Shown in pieces: positions 12,631-23,900 of a DNA stretch of 64,000 nucleotides; positions within the stretch are counted from its first letter, which is position 1, and each line of letters opens with the position of its first letter. A program made the translations under genes and the position numbers. The stretch spans positions 193,183 to 257,182 of the forward strand of contig NC_068987.1 of assembly GCF_001194135.2 (NCBI RefSeq), read 5' to 3'. This DNA is from Octopus bimaculoides (taxonomy: Eukaryota). The notes under the pieces were generated by a model. The model saw only the letters and a list, made by a program, of their open reading frames with translations, did no database searches and was not told the origin of the DNA.

Positions 12631-13830
12631 ATGGAGTACGAGAAGATGGCTCAGAAGGTGGGAAGCGTCATGAAGTTGTCGCTCGCCAAAGGAATTATGG
12701 GAAGGATGGAGAAGAAAACGATTACCTATAAGGTGTACTCGTTGAAAGGAAAAAAGGCAGAAGTGGAAAAGACGCTGAGGGAACGTACATAACCAAAGGA
12801 AGAAGATATGGGACAATGGTCGTCCAATTTAGGACAGTAGAGGAGGCTGGCGAGTGTGGCGGTGAAAACAGAGGAGGTAGTGCTTCTGCCCACATACCTT
12901 GGAAGAAAGACTTCCAAGGTGAGGGTAGAAGTAATTCCACTGGATATAGNNNNNNNNNNNNNNNNNNNNNNNNNNNNNNNNNNNNNNNNNNNNNNNNNNN
13001 NNNNNNNNNNNNNNNNNNNNNNNNNNNNNNNNNNNNNNNNNNNNNNNNNNNNNNNNNNNNNNNNNNNNNNNNNNNNNNNNNNNNNNNNNNNNNNNNNNNN
13101 NNNNNNNNNNNNNNNNNNNNNNNNNNNNNNNNNNNNNNNNNNNNNNNNNNNNNNNNNNNNNNNNNNNNNNNNNNNNNNNNNNNNNNNNNNNNNNNNNNNN
13201 NNNNNNNNNNNNNNNNNNNNNNNNNNNNNNNNNNNNNNNNNNNNNNNNNNNNNNNNNNNNNNNNNNNNNNNNNNNNNNNNNNNNNNNNNNNNNNNNNNNN
13301 NNNNNNNNNNNNNNNNNNNNNNNNNNNNNNNNNNNNNNNNNNNNNNNNNNNNNNNNNNNNNNNNNNNNNNNNNNNNNNNNNNNNNNNNNNNNNNNNNNNN
13401 NNNNNNNNNNNNNNNNNNNNNNNNNNNNNNNNNNNNNNNNNNNNNNNNNNNNNNNNNNNNNNNNNNNNNNNNNNNNNNNNNNNNNNNNNNNNNNNNNNNN
13501 NNNNNNNNNNNNNNNNNNNNNNNNNNNAATTTAGAAGACCCTCCCTCCCGGTGAAAAAGGTTACGAATGCATGGCGGAGAGAATGGTGTCACTAAATGAT
13601 GGAGAAAGGGGAAAAAGGATTGGACTGAAGGAGAAAAAGCAGTTCGGACCCAGAGGTGGCGAGTGGTGTTACTCAGTGTGGGGTGAGTAGCACACTCTTC
13701 GTAATATCATTTTCAGATATCATATTTTAATTTGTTATTCGTTATATCATATTTTATTTTTATATTTTTAATTGTTATATGTCCCCACATGTGTTGTAGT
13801 GTCCCTTTCTGGCAATTCTAAAAGAAATAA
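12631..13830 (+). mobile_element. ORF1-only non-LTR retroelement, copy B (centre in N gap)
   Basis: KGRRYGTMVVQFRTVEEA aligns with RGRRYATVEVQFTTEEEA of the 24626-25890 element. The 3' end (tccccac..ttgtagtgtccc..aaataaa) is similar, and there is no room for an ORF2. Confidence 0.65.
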
Positions 13831-14832
13831 AGAAGCTTGCCTCCCAACCACATGGTTCAGTCTCACTGCCTTCTGCTGTAGCCTCAGACTGATCAAAGCC
13901 CTGAGTGAATTTGGTAGATAGAAACTGAAAGAACCCCGTCATATACACGCCTTTTGTGTTGCTCCCACACCACTGCTTGACAACTTGATACGTCTGGTCC
14001 TATAACTTAGGGCACCGGCAAAAGGGATCGACGAAATAAGTACCAATCTTAAAGAAAAAACGTCCTGGGGTCAATTCATTCGACTGAAATTCTTCAAGGC
14101 AGACCCAGTGCTTATCGTCACTGTCTACAATTTTGTTCCAAATGCATTCAAAGTTGGTAACGGATTAACTTTTCTACACTAATTATGAAAATGAAATTCA
14201 GTTTCCCTATAAATTCATAACTAAAAGCTTATTAGCCTTTAAAATTTGCAAAATTTTGGTATTTTAGCCAATCAGAAGCGAGTATTTTACACATCAACGA
14301 GAAGTTCTGTTAGCTGATAGCGAAGAACGGTCTCCATAGTAACCAAAGATGCTGTGCATGCCCACAAAATGTAAAATCTCCAAATTGAGTGTCTGGGCAT
14401 GTTTGAAGTGTGGAAACAAACGCCGTTCCATGGTTGACTCTAATCTTTGAATTTATGTGGAGATGATATGAGAAAGATAATTGAATTTATTAACTCCTAG
14501 AGTGTATGACAAACTTTCGTTCTTGAATTTTTTAAACTAATAAAAGCCTACTTTAAGCAAAGTTTTTACTTATTTTTAGCAACTCCTGTTGGTTTGCTCG
14601 TAGCTTTTACATATTTAATTTGCTCGCCAATGTTTTAAATGTTTTCCCCCGTTTACAGTAGCGAGTTTAATGTTATTGCATACAGGTACCCCCTCCTCCT
14701 CGTTACTGTGACGAACGCGCGGTTTGATGATTGACTGAAAATGATTAAACCTGTAGCATTTACGCAAAATTTTTCAGAAATTAATGAATGACAAATTCGC
14801 GTACTACTAAAGCAGCGCGGTCCCGAACGCGC

Positions 14833-15071
14833 AGTCGTGAGTGGTCGATCCTAACCCTAACCCTAAACACGTATTCATTTGCACACGCGGGTTAGGGATA
14901 GGGTTAGGGATAGGGTTAGGGTTAGGGACAGGGTGAGGGGACAGGGTTGGGGTTAGGGACAGGGTTAGGGATAGGGGACAGGGTTGGGGTTAGGGACAGG
15001 GTTAGGGTTAGGGACAGGGTTAGGGACAGGGTTAGGGATAGGGTTAGGGTTAGGATCGACCACTCACGACT
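14833..15071. repeat. 32-bp inverted repeat enclosing a degenerate telomere-like (TTAGGG/ACAGGG/ATAGGG)n array
   Basis: agtcgtgagtggtcgatcctaaccctaaccct (14833-14864) is the reverse complement of 15040-15071. The G-rich hexamer array spans about 14890-15055. Confidence 0.9.
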
Positions 15072-16107
15072 AGCTAGCGCGGACGCGCNNNNNNNNNNNN
15101 NNNNNNNNNNNNNNNNNNNNNNNNNNNNNNNNNNNNNNNNTCTCATAAGTGTCAGAAAAACGGATATTTTTAAATAAAATTTTCTGCAAAAATCTTTCAG
15201 ATTCGTTAGTTTACGAAAAGAGAGAGAAAAAATGGCGGATGGTCACTGTGACACACTTATGTTGCAAAATGAAATTTGAAGTTATGTAAGAATTAGTACC
15301 CGCCGAGCACTTTTTTTTTTTTTTGCATTAAAGTTCAGTATAATTGCAATTTTCACCATTTAAAAATATCCATTTTTATGAAAATTACGAGGAAACAAAT
15401 TCGAATGAGGTGGACGACACACGTTTATAGTTACTTCGGGTGTTTTATATACGTTGTATGTTTCGATCAATTTGATATCTTGGTCAAACATCAGAAGTGT
15501 AAATAAATGATATAACACACTTCTCTCAGATTTATATTCAAAGAAATCTTCCGAAAACCAAATTGCATTATATTCATCCCAATTTTTGTAAATATTGTTT
15601 TATAGGTCACCATCTGACATAAAAACTAATTTTCGACGGTATTCGAGAAATTCCTGTAAATAACTGCCAAATCATGCACGAGAATAAAGAAAAGGACTCA
15701 GGCCTTAAATAAAGATTGTTTAGAGGTATTAAGATGGTAAAGTACGGTGAAGAAGAAGAATAACAAAAAGCATTCAATTCTATGATTCTGTTTATTTAAT
15801 GCACGTTTGTAGCGGAAAATATATATGGCCATCACCAAATGCATCAATATATATATATATTTAAAAATATAGCATATTTAATGAATCGAACAAAGCTTAT
15901 AATCATTTTAACAATTACATATAAAAAAAATAAATGGAAAATATATTTATCTTTTTAGCAATTTAAGTTTTCAGTAAAATATGTAAAAATTTACGTTTAC
16001 GCCTTCTTAATGTTGCATGCTTGTGTGTGAAAGGGAAAAGCATAGAATTTGTCAAGATGAAAAAGTACTTTACTCTCTTTTAAGGAGCCTGTTCTATGTA
16101 TAATAAA

Positions 16108-16878
16108 CTACATTTGATTAGCTGGAGGCTCAAACTTGAGTTTTTTAGTTAACGTCGACATAATGCAAGGCATTTGTTTGCATTCTTTGAAATCAGGCGC
16201 CTTATCGCTTTCAAATTTCTTCGCAGCAACATGCTTAGAAACAGCTGTTAAAAGTATCATCATTTCGTATGTGGTGCCATATTTTATCAGAATTTTACTT
16301 AGGATGTTAAAAAACCACGACCCTTCATCTTCATTTTTAAAAGACGAATAATCAGGACACGATGAAAAGTAAAGCAGCGTATCTTCCTCAAGTCGATATT
16401 TTGAAACTAGTTCCTCGTTTGCATTAACTTTCTGCTGGTCATCAACATTTATATCAATCTTACTTCCTCGCGATGCTTCCACAAAAATCAATTTAGGTAC
16501 TCCGATTAAAGATGAACATCTATCGGCCTTCAGATAAGAAAGCAAATCGTGAACCTCTGCCACATCCGCACATTCAGGCTTCGTTTCATCACTTTTCATA
16601 ATTACACACAAAATGCAATCAATATCTTTGATATTAAACTCTTTAGAGACCTCACACATTTCTTCGAATGTGTGTACTTTGATATCTGTTTCATTAAATC
16701 CAAGTACTCCTAAGGCATTTCGAATGTTTTCTACTTCTTTTTGGAACGGTCCATCCTTGAAAATGTAGGCTACTCTTCTCTTTTTTTGTGTCATAACATA
16801 ATTATCGAAATATTTCTTTATATCTTCCGCGGTTAATTTGTTTATAGGCATTTTCGAAGAGCCAGTCTTGAAAGACAT
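16108..16878 (-). CDS. Intronless caspase-fold (peptidase C14) protein A, predicted catalytically inactive, no prodomain
   Basis: 256-aa intact ORF with DCILCVIM, PKLIFVEASRG (QACRG with C->S), EGSWFF and KQMPCIMSTLTKKLKF. The SHG His position reads MKSD. AATAAA lies on the minus strand at 15791-15796. Confidence 0.9.
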   Translation of the reverse strand: MSFKTGSSKMPINKLTAEDIKKYFDNYVMTQKKRRVAYIFKDGPFQKEVENIRNALGVLGFNETDIKVHTFEEMCEVSKEFNIKDIDCILCVIMKSDETKPECADVAEVHDLLSYLKADRCSSLIGVPKLIFVEASRGSKIDINVDDQQKVNANEELVSKYRLEEDTLLYFSSCPDYSSFKNEDEGSWFFNILSKILIKYGTTYEMMILLTAVSKHVAAKKFESDKAPDFKECKQMPCIMSTLTKKLKFEPPANQM

Positions 16879-18098
16879 ATTGACTTTATCACATAAGCCA
16901 AACTGTACTTCCTGGTAATCAGCAGTTTCTCTCAGCTCACGTCATTTACACAAAGGCAAATTTCAATAAATCCATTTCCTTCGTTTTGAAAGATATGTAT
17001 CGAATATTTCATGTATTTCCAAAGTTCAAAATCAGTTTAAGACTCAGATGTGTGAGTAGTAATCATTTTAGGATTTTGGTCCCTTTTTGTGAATTACCAG
17101 CAAACAATCGGAGATAGGGCACACATGGCGGAGACCTAACCCGCCCCTTCTACTTTATTTTCTAATTTAAAAAAAAAATTTTTTAACGGAAACACGTTTT
17201 CGGGTTTGATTTCGATTCTGAAAAAAAAATTGGCAAAAATCGCAACTTCACCCACCACCCATTTCTTCATTTTTCAGAATTTTTGGGGGGTGGGGTTGAA
17301 TTACGTAGAAAATACGGAGATTATATAATTCTGAACAAAAATTGTTTGTAAAATTTCAATTTAAAAAAAAAAAAAACATCTCTCCCTTCCCGATTCTACA
17401 ACCTTCAAGCAAGCTATCCACATGCTAGAAATAACAGCCAAATCTCACACAAACTCTGTTTCCCTTTAACTTCCAGAAATTTCGATATACACAGCGATAG
17501 AGGGGTCGGGTTATGTCTCCGTAATGAGACCAGCGAAAATCAAAGCAATATTTGCTGTGAAGAGACAATCAAATCCAAACACGACAATCAATTAAAACTC
17601 TCCCACCCCCTTAATGAATCGAATGTCCGAAAGAAGTTGTTTTTCGTAGACAAAATATAACATCAATTAACATAATCTGTAGGACTTTATTAAGAATGAA
17701 TATTTTCATAAGTTTTGATTAAATCAAAGAATCTATTCGGTCAGCAAATAACTCGATTTCCCTAAGGACCAAAATTGAGTAGAATTGTTTAGTACAGATT
17801 ATTTAAAAGATTGAATAAAGCTTTCGTCATTTTAACAATTAAAACAAATGAAAAATACTAGATTTATCCGTTTAACAATTAAAGTTTTGGATTTGTATTT
17901 TTTATGCGGTTTTTCTATTTTATGTATCATACATGTAAAATACATTAAAAAAATTACGTTTTAGGTTTCAAAAGTCAAACTACGTTTTATCTTGGTGCTA
18001 CGCATGTGTGTGTGTGAAAGGTGGAGCATCAGAATTTTGTCACCGTAAGTCTCAGTAATTAAAATGAAAAACATATTCCATCTTAGCAGACCCTCTAT

Positions 18099-18190
18099 GG
18101 CGAAGGTAAAGAATACGTACACCAGGTGTTTAGGGTTAGTTGTAGGGGTTACGCCGAAAACCGGTGGTGTATGTATTCTTTACTTCCGCC
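18099..18190. mobile_element. ~90-bp hairpin/MITE-like element in the 3'UTR of caspase-like gene B
   Basis: Arms ggcgaaggtaaagaatacgtacacca / tggtgtatgtattctttacttccgcc. A homologous copy lies in the opposite orientation at 26606-26692. Confidence 0.8.
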
Positions 18191-18219
18191 ACCTTCTATA
18201 AAATAAACTTCATTTAATT

Positions 18220-18924
18220 CTAATTACGTTCAAATTTCAGTTGCTTCGTTAACGTTGACATAATATAGGGTATTTGTTCACGGCCTCTGGTTTCCTCTTT
18301 AATACAGTTAGAAACAGCTGCCAAAATTGTCATAATATCATACGTGTTACCATATTCTTCCAGAACTTGCTTTAAAAATTGCATAAAATATGAGCTTCTT
18401 GTGCTATTATTGTCAGACGCACAAACGATGAGCATATCTGCAGTGCGTGGAATTGTATGCTCTTCTTCAAATCCAAAGCGGTCAGCATCGCATTTTTCGA
18501 TAGCATTTTCGTCCTTCGAACAAGGAGTTGTTACTACAAAAATTAATTTGGGTTTACCTTTTAAAGATGGCACTTTTCTAAGTATTTCATTTAACGATAT
18601 AACACTGTCGTATGTTCGGATATAATTTCCTGGGTGCATATAACTTAGAAATGCACAAACAAAGCAATCCACGTCACGATCCTGAAACACTTCATCAAAC
18701 TTTGATATTTCACTGGTTGACATATCAGTGTATTCAGTGATATTATCTGCCAGAAATCCAAGCCTTATTAATGCCTGTTTCAATAAATCTTTGTCTTGGG
18801 ACGAAGCATCACGAGTTCCGTTGTTAGCGAAATTCGCATTGCTGAAAATATGGGCGAAACTGTTTTTTGTCGGCATTGGATCGTAATAACTATAAAAGCC
18901 CATAACATCTTCCTCCGCCGCCAT
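18220..18924 (-). CDS. Intronless caspase-fold protein B, canonical catalytic residues lost, no prodomain
   Basis: Intact ORF; the likely start is MAAEE at 18924 (aaacATGg), with an in-frame non-ATG extension to 18951. Motifs: TRDASSQDKDLL, DCFVCAFLSYM (SHG->SYM), KPKLIFVVTTPC (QACRG->VTTPC), EQIPYIMSTLTKQLKF. Confidence 0.88.
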   Translation of the reverse strand: MAAEEDVMGFYSYYDPMPTKNSFAHIFSNANFANNGTRDASSQDKDLLKQALIRLGFLADNITEYTDMSTSEISKFDEVFQDRDVDCFVCAFLSYMHPGNYIRTYDSVISLNEILRKVPSLKGKPKLIFVVTTPCSKDENAIEKCDADRFGFEEEHTIPRTADMLIVCASDNNSTRSSYFMQFLKQVLEEYGNTYDIMTILAAVSNCIKEETRGREQIPYIMSTLTKQLKFERN

Positions 18925-19701
18925 GTTTAAACGTTTCACCGATGCACACAATTGAGGTCGTCACCCGCAACGGATTAGTATCAGTCAAATAATTGTTTCG
19001 AATTCTGACAGCAAAGCCAGCAACGTTAAGGATCTAGGGTGTAGTCCGTTACATGGATTCCAGTGCTTAAACGGTACTTTTTTTTTATCACCCTCGGAAG
19101 GACGAAAAGTACAGTTAAAATGGACAGAATTTGAACTCAAAACATAAAGAGCCGGAAGTACTTCCGCTATGTATTTTGCCTGACGTAATAACAATTCTAC
19201 CAGATGACCATGCTAAAGAGGTACATTCAACCATTCTTTCACAGAGTGTGTATATAAGTACCAGTTGAGCACTGGGGGGGGGGATGTCGTCGATGTAATC
19301 GACTTAACTACTCCTGTATAGGAGTATAAAGATTGCACACCTCTGCCAAGCCAACGTCAGAGAGAAGGCTCATTAGCACAGTATGAATGTCGAGCTCAAA
19401 TTCACAGCCCCCACGTCAGACCTTCGGTCGAGTGAACATACTGAAGCCCTTGCCCTGCAGTGATCGGAACATGGGCGTCTCCCCAAGTGTACCAACCCTT
19501 AATTTTGTTTCCCTATGTTCTTGAAAATAGATATTTTTTCAGGAAATTTTCTAGAAATCAGCTTCAGATGAGGTAGATTTCGTTTATAATACAATTTGTT
19601 GTGAAAAAGATTCTTCCGTGGGTGAAATTTGTTACAGACACCTTTCAGAGTGTGTAAATTACGATTCTATTTGAATCTGATGTGTGTAAACGGAAACGGT
19701 G

Positions 19702-19747
<46 letters not shown>

Positions 19748-19779
19748 TTGCAATTTTTTCAAAATTTCAAATTCACTGA

Positions 19780-20900
19780 TTTATGGATGTATCAAGTAGC
19801 ATTTGATATAGACAAAGCGTTTCATGCTGGTCTTCTCCATAAACTCTCTACCTTTGGCATAAGTGGAAAGGTCTTTGATGTTGTCACTACATTTCTTTCT
19901 GGTTGTTGTGTGTCACTCTGGACAACATTACTTCTGAGCATGCCATCATCAATGCTGGCGTTTTTTTGTCCCAAAGCTCTATAGATCCAATTCCATTACT
20001 CTTTTTAGATGAATGATCCATTCTGCCAATGTTCTTCAATCCATCAATGTTTACACTGATGATGACATTATTTTGGCTTTTTTGGAAATCGCTTTCACTT
20101 GACACGGCTGGAATTTGGTACTAGTCTTGGGGGTGGATCTGCAGGCTATTAAAAAGTGGGGTGAGAAATGGCTAGTAGCTTTCAACCTTGGCAAGACCAA
20201 ACTTGTCTTTCAGTAGGAAACATGACCCCTATCTTTCTCTCATTTACATGAATTACAGGTGTGAGGTATCACATGATGAGACAATCAAACCAGTTGGGGA
20301 AAGGTCTTCTTCGAGTCTGCTTGGTTTTACTTTCTCACCTGAACTTTCTTGGGGTTCTTACAATCAGTTGGTTGGTCTGCTTCCCATAAAATTGGGTCAC
20401 TGTATTGGTCAAAGGACTAGCTCACATCCGAGGCCATTTTGTATCTTTACAAGTCCAGAATTTGTCCTTGTATGGAATACTGTTGTCATATTTGGGTAGG
20501 TGAATCATCTCTGGTACTTATATACACAGTCTGTAAAAGAATGGTTGAATGTACCTCTTTAACATGGTCATCTGGTAGAATTGTTATTGCTTCCACTCTT
20601 CAACTTTGCAACTCTTGTCACATCAACATATGTTATTGTCACAGCTCTGATTGATTTTCTCTTTAATTCCAGATCACTTTGCGCCCTCTTTTGCTGATTT
20701 CAAACTCACAGCATCTTCAACCAAATGCTGTTGTGCTTCCGTGAATAAGGAAATCTTTTTCCAGGCATAGATTTTTTCCTCAAACTGCCAGACTTTAGGA
20801 CTCTCTTCCATCTCATTATTTTCCCCCTTCTTAGGACCTTAACTCTTTCAAATATAAACTAGGTTCATTCCATTCATTTCAATTTCTCCTTCAAAGTCTT
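19780..20900 (+). mobile_element. Highly decayed CR1/L2-like LINE RT fragment
   Basis: VAFDIDKAFHAGLLHKLSTFGISGKVFDVVTTFLSG, plus remnants of YTDD and the LYKSRICPCMEYCCHIW thumb region. Confidence 0.7.
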
Positions 20901-21340
20901 TTATTCTAAGTGAATGCTCACTTTGTTTAGGACTTTCCTATAAAAAATATAAATAAATAAATGTGGCTATTGGAGAAGCATAGGAGTTAACAGAAAGATC
21001 TTAAATTTTGTACATTAGCTGAGAATATCTATAACTGATTGCTAAAATATAGCATGTAGTTGTTACAAAATAATATTTGGTTAAATTGTTCATTTGGAAT
21101 CACAAGCAGAAGGAAGAATGAAATAAAGAATTATGGACAATGGAATGTGAAATCATGCAGAGTTTGAGTAAGTGGAGAATAGGGGAAGCAAATAAATATT
21201 TCAGAGACGTATACAGAATGTTTATGAATTTGTTTTGCAAGATTCCTGATGTGAAGTCGTGTGTTCAAACAGATATTGTTGTATTTCGGGATGGTCATTT
21301 TATTTATTTATTTTTTATCAAATAAACACACACACACACG

Positions 21341-21386
<46 letters not shown>

Positions 21387-22329
21387 TCATCATCATCGTT
21401 GTTTAACGTCCGCTTTCCATGCTAGCATGGGTTGGACGATTTGACTGAGGACTGGCGAACCAGATGGCTGCATGAGTGAATTACAATTGAGGTATGCATG
21501 TATCATGTGGGTGTTCTATTTGTTGACCAATCACCTTTCAGAAAATCATGCCCCACCCGTCAAACACATCATTTCAGATGTGTTTGAGATTTGTGCTCAT
21601 TTTCACTAGTTAAGCAGGTTAGTGCCAAAAGCTTTGCAGAATTCTGATGGCATTCAAGTAAGAAATGTCTCAGCTCTCACCAAGCAAATCAAGAAAAAAG
21701 CTTCAAAACTTTTTGACAGTCTCACAACTTCCAGGTAACTAATGGCCAAGCAAATTCACCTGAGTTGGTCCTTACATCCTAATTTTGCTACCAGGGAGCA
21801 TTTGATAATTCATGCCTTCATGCTCATCTTTCCCTTAATAAAATCTGTTGTTAAACGTTTACAACTATGAAGGTGCCTTAGTGGTTACTGTATTCGACTC
21901 ACAATTGTAAGGTTGTGAGTCTGATTCCTGGTTATGTCCTTCAGCAAGACACTTTATTTCATGTTGCTCCAGTTCCCTCAGCTAGCAAAAGGGATTTGTA
22001 CCTGCATTATGAAGGGCCAGCCTTGTTACACTCTGTACCACACTGAATCTCCCTGAGAACTACATAAGGGTACACGTGTCTGTGGAGTGCTCAGTTAGTA
22101 TGTGCAACCAGCTTAATCTCACATCATGATTTGTATAGCATCAACTCTGACAATGGTAACAAGAAGAAAAAAATACCATTGTGTGACAGATTGACAGTCA
22201 CTAGATATTTTACAGTTGTATCCTTTCCAATTAGGCTCCTTTGAAATATGTTTGCAGTTAGTATTATTACTAAGATACCCATCTCAGATTGAACTGGGTC
22301 TGACAGACTCATATCCCTCGTATATACTT

Positions 22330-23900
22330 TCCTCATCATCGTCATTTAATGTCTGCTTTCTATGCTGGCATGGGTTGGACAGTTTGACTAAGAACTGGCA
22401 TGCCAGGAGGCTGCACCAGGCTCCAATCTGATCTGGCAAGGTTTCTACAGCTGGATGCCCTTCCTAGTGCCAACCACTCTGAGAGTGTAGTGTGTGCATT
22501 TTGTGTGCCACTGGCACTGACTACACTCTGATGGTGCTTTTTATGTGCCTCCAGCATAGGAGCCAGTCAGGCAGCACTGGTATCAGCCATGCTCAAGTGG
22601 TGCTTTTTTACATTGCACTGGCATTGGCTACAACTACAATTTCATTCAGTTCAACAGGTCTTCTCAAACACAACATATTTCCCGACGATTGAAGAGTGCT
22701 TTTAAATGGGCCAGTTATGCAATACTAGCATTGGCCACAGCTACGATCTCACTTGGCTTGCCAGGTCTTCTCAAGCACAGCATATCGCCAAGGGTCTTGG
22801 CTGCTTATCATTGACTCTGAGGCCCAACATTTGAAGGTTGTATTTCACCACCGCTTCCCATGTCTTCCTGGGTCTACCTCTTCCACAGGTTCCCTCCACT
22901 GTTAAGGTGTGACACTTCACACAGCTGTCCTCATCCATATGTAACACATGACCATACCAGCACAATCGTCTCTCTTGCACACCAGATTTGATGCTTCTTA
23001 TGTCAAACTTTTTTCTCAGGGTACTTACACTCTGTTGTATATGCACACTGAAATTACACATCCAGTGAAGCATACTAGCTTCATTTCTTGCAAGCTTACA
23101 CATGTCCTCAACAGTCACAGCCCATGTTTCACTGCCATGTAGCATGACTGTTTGCATACATGCGTCATACAGTCTACCTTTCACCCTGAGCGAGAGACTC
23201 TTTGTTACTAGCAGAGGTAGGAGTTCCCTGAACTTTGCTCAGGCTATTCTTATTCTAATGGCAATGCTCTCAGAGCATCTACCCCCATTACAGACTTGGT
23301 CATCTAGGTAACAGAAGCTATCAACTACTTCTATTTTTTTCCCCCTAGCATGTGACGGAAGCTGTTTTCTGCACATTTTCAGTGTTTATTGCACCTGTGC
23401 ACATTTGCCACACACAAAAACTATCTTCCAGTTAGCCTTCCTTTGATATTGCTGCACCTCATGTCCATAGCTTATACCAGGTACATCTTATGGAGTTTCT
23501 ACCTACACCCTTTCTACAGATCGAGCAGGGCCATCTACCTGAAGGGGTTTGTGATTTGTCTACCTTCCTATTTATTAAGACTTAGGTTTTTGCTATGTTG
23601 ACTCTAAGGCCCTTCAATTTTAGACCTTGCTTCCACACCTGAAACTTCTCTAGTTCAGGTAGTGACTCAGCTATTAGAGCAAGGTCATTAGCATAGAGGA
23701 GCTCCCAGAGGCAGTCTGTCTTGAATTCTTCTGTGATTGCCTGGAGGACTTTGGTGAATAAGAGGGGCTGAGAACTGATCCTTGGTGAAGCACTACTTCT
23801 ACCTGGAATTCTTCACTATACTTGTTGCCACCCTCACCTTACTGACAGCGTCCCTGTACATGGCTTGTACAACTCTCTCACCAACCACTCATCTATCCCT
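22330..23900 (-). mobile_element. RTE-type LINE 3' portion (RT remnants plus 3'UTR)
   Basis: KGRLYDACMQTVMLHGSETW..RRLCWYGHVLHMDE..GRGRPRKTW (22771-23184); the 3'UTR is the same family as 9480-9990. Confidence 0.85.

Noticed and set aside
16440-18660. A-to-I editing restoring the catalytic residues of the pseudo-caspases
   Set aside because: The codons are TCG (Ser, A Cys site), TAT (Tyr, B His site) and ACT (Thr, B Cys site). A-to-G changes cannot give Cys or His at the required positions.
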